Assembly (NCBI RefSeq): GCF_023055435.1
Contig: NW_025964372.1
Coordinates: 14,198,001-14,262,000, forward strand
Source of the DNA: Haliotis rufescens
Taxonomy: Eukaryota
Length of the DNA stretch: 64,000 bases
Direction: 5' to 3'
The translations under genes were made by a program, and so were the position numbers. Within the stretch, counting starts at the first letter, position 1. Every line of letters starts with the position of its first letter. Below, piece by piece: positions 63,141-64,000 of the stretch. The notes below the pieces were generated by a model. It saw only the letters and a program-made list of their open reading frames with translations, was not told where the DNA came from and ran no database searches.

Positions 63141-64000
63141 CTGAAAAACATATAAAGTATTTATTCTTATTATGTTTCACGCATCCAGGAAGTGAAACTA
63201 AGTCGTTTGTCATCACAACAAAATGCGGGTTTCCAACTCTCTGGGGAACAGATGGAAACGGGGTGACACAGGTTAACTCTTGGTTTTCGTGATTGGAACA
63301 TTTCAGTGATGGTTTCCATGCAACGGTTTATGTAGACACTTTCAGTTGTTTGAGTTTTACTGTAGTATGTGACACTAAATGGAAACCACCAAACAACACC
63401 CCATGTCAACAACTACATTATACTCACTAGGTTCCCATGCGTATCTTTCATTTAAATTTGATTCATTATACTGTTATTAATGAATAATACAGATTTGTTT
63501 CGTACTTCCCTTTTTTAAAAGAACTAAATGTATGTGGATAAACCAACTAACATACCAAGCAATTATCGGCAGATAAACAATAACTGGCTACATCTCGTTT
63601 TGAATTTACAAACTCCAAAACAAATCATATTACCGATATCATTTACACAGTACATTGATGTCTCGTGGTGTAAGATTAACTCAGTCTCAAATATAGAAAT
63701 GGAGATATAATAATAAATATTGACCAAGAGTCCGTTATGCATAAAGATACATTGCAAATGTAGCCACTTTTGATCGCATACCGATAAATGTACTGTGCGA
63801 CAATATGAGTTATTGCCATGTATCTGTAACACACGCTGACGTAAATAGGATATGTATGGTTATTATTAATAACTTGATGTATTTTACAATGTATATGATG
63901 CAAATCGATTTTCCTCTGACGTCAAACACGGTGGAGAGATCAACACATACTCCAAATAAAAGGGGCATACCTGTTAACTGTAGCCCATTGTCCATTTAAG

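Overview
Intron-rich, repeat-dense animal genomic DNA; gene content and SINE families suggest a mollusc, probably a gastropod such as abalone (inference). Spliced genes reconstructed by hand: a lengsin/glutamine-synthetase-like gene (minus strand), a cluster of secreted His-rich four-EF-hand genes (two intact, one pseudogene), a complete six-exon non-alpha nicotinic/Cys-loop channel subunit, a NAT16/HISAT-like GNAT acetyltransferase, and the last exon of a second Cys-loop subunit with an apparent fifth transmembrane helix. Mobile DNA includes an apparently intact BEL/Pao retrotransposon (ORF runs off the window, so absent from the ORF track), a three-level nest of a LINE in a TIR element in a SINE, a decayed Tc1/mariner, Penelope and CR1/L2 fragments, three SINE families and several minisatellites. 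Most notable: the 5-TM, short-loop Cys-loop subunit; a 50-bp minisatellite amplifying a real splice donor about 27 times; a duplicated promoter/first exon of the GS-like gene; and intact terminal exons on an otherwise dead EF-hand paralog. No prokaryotic system or CRISPR array is present.
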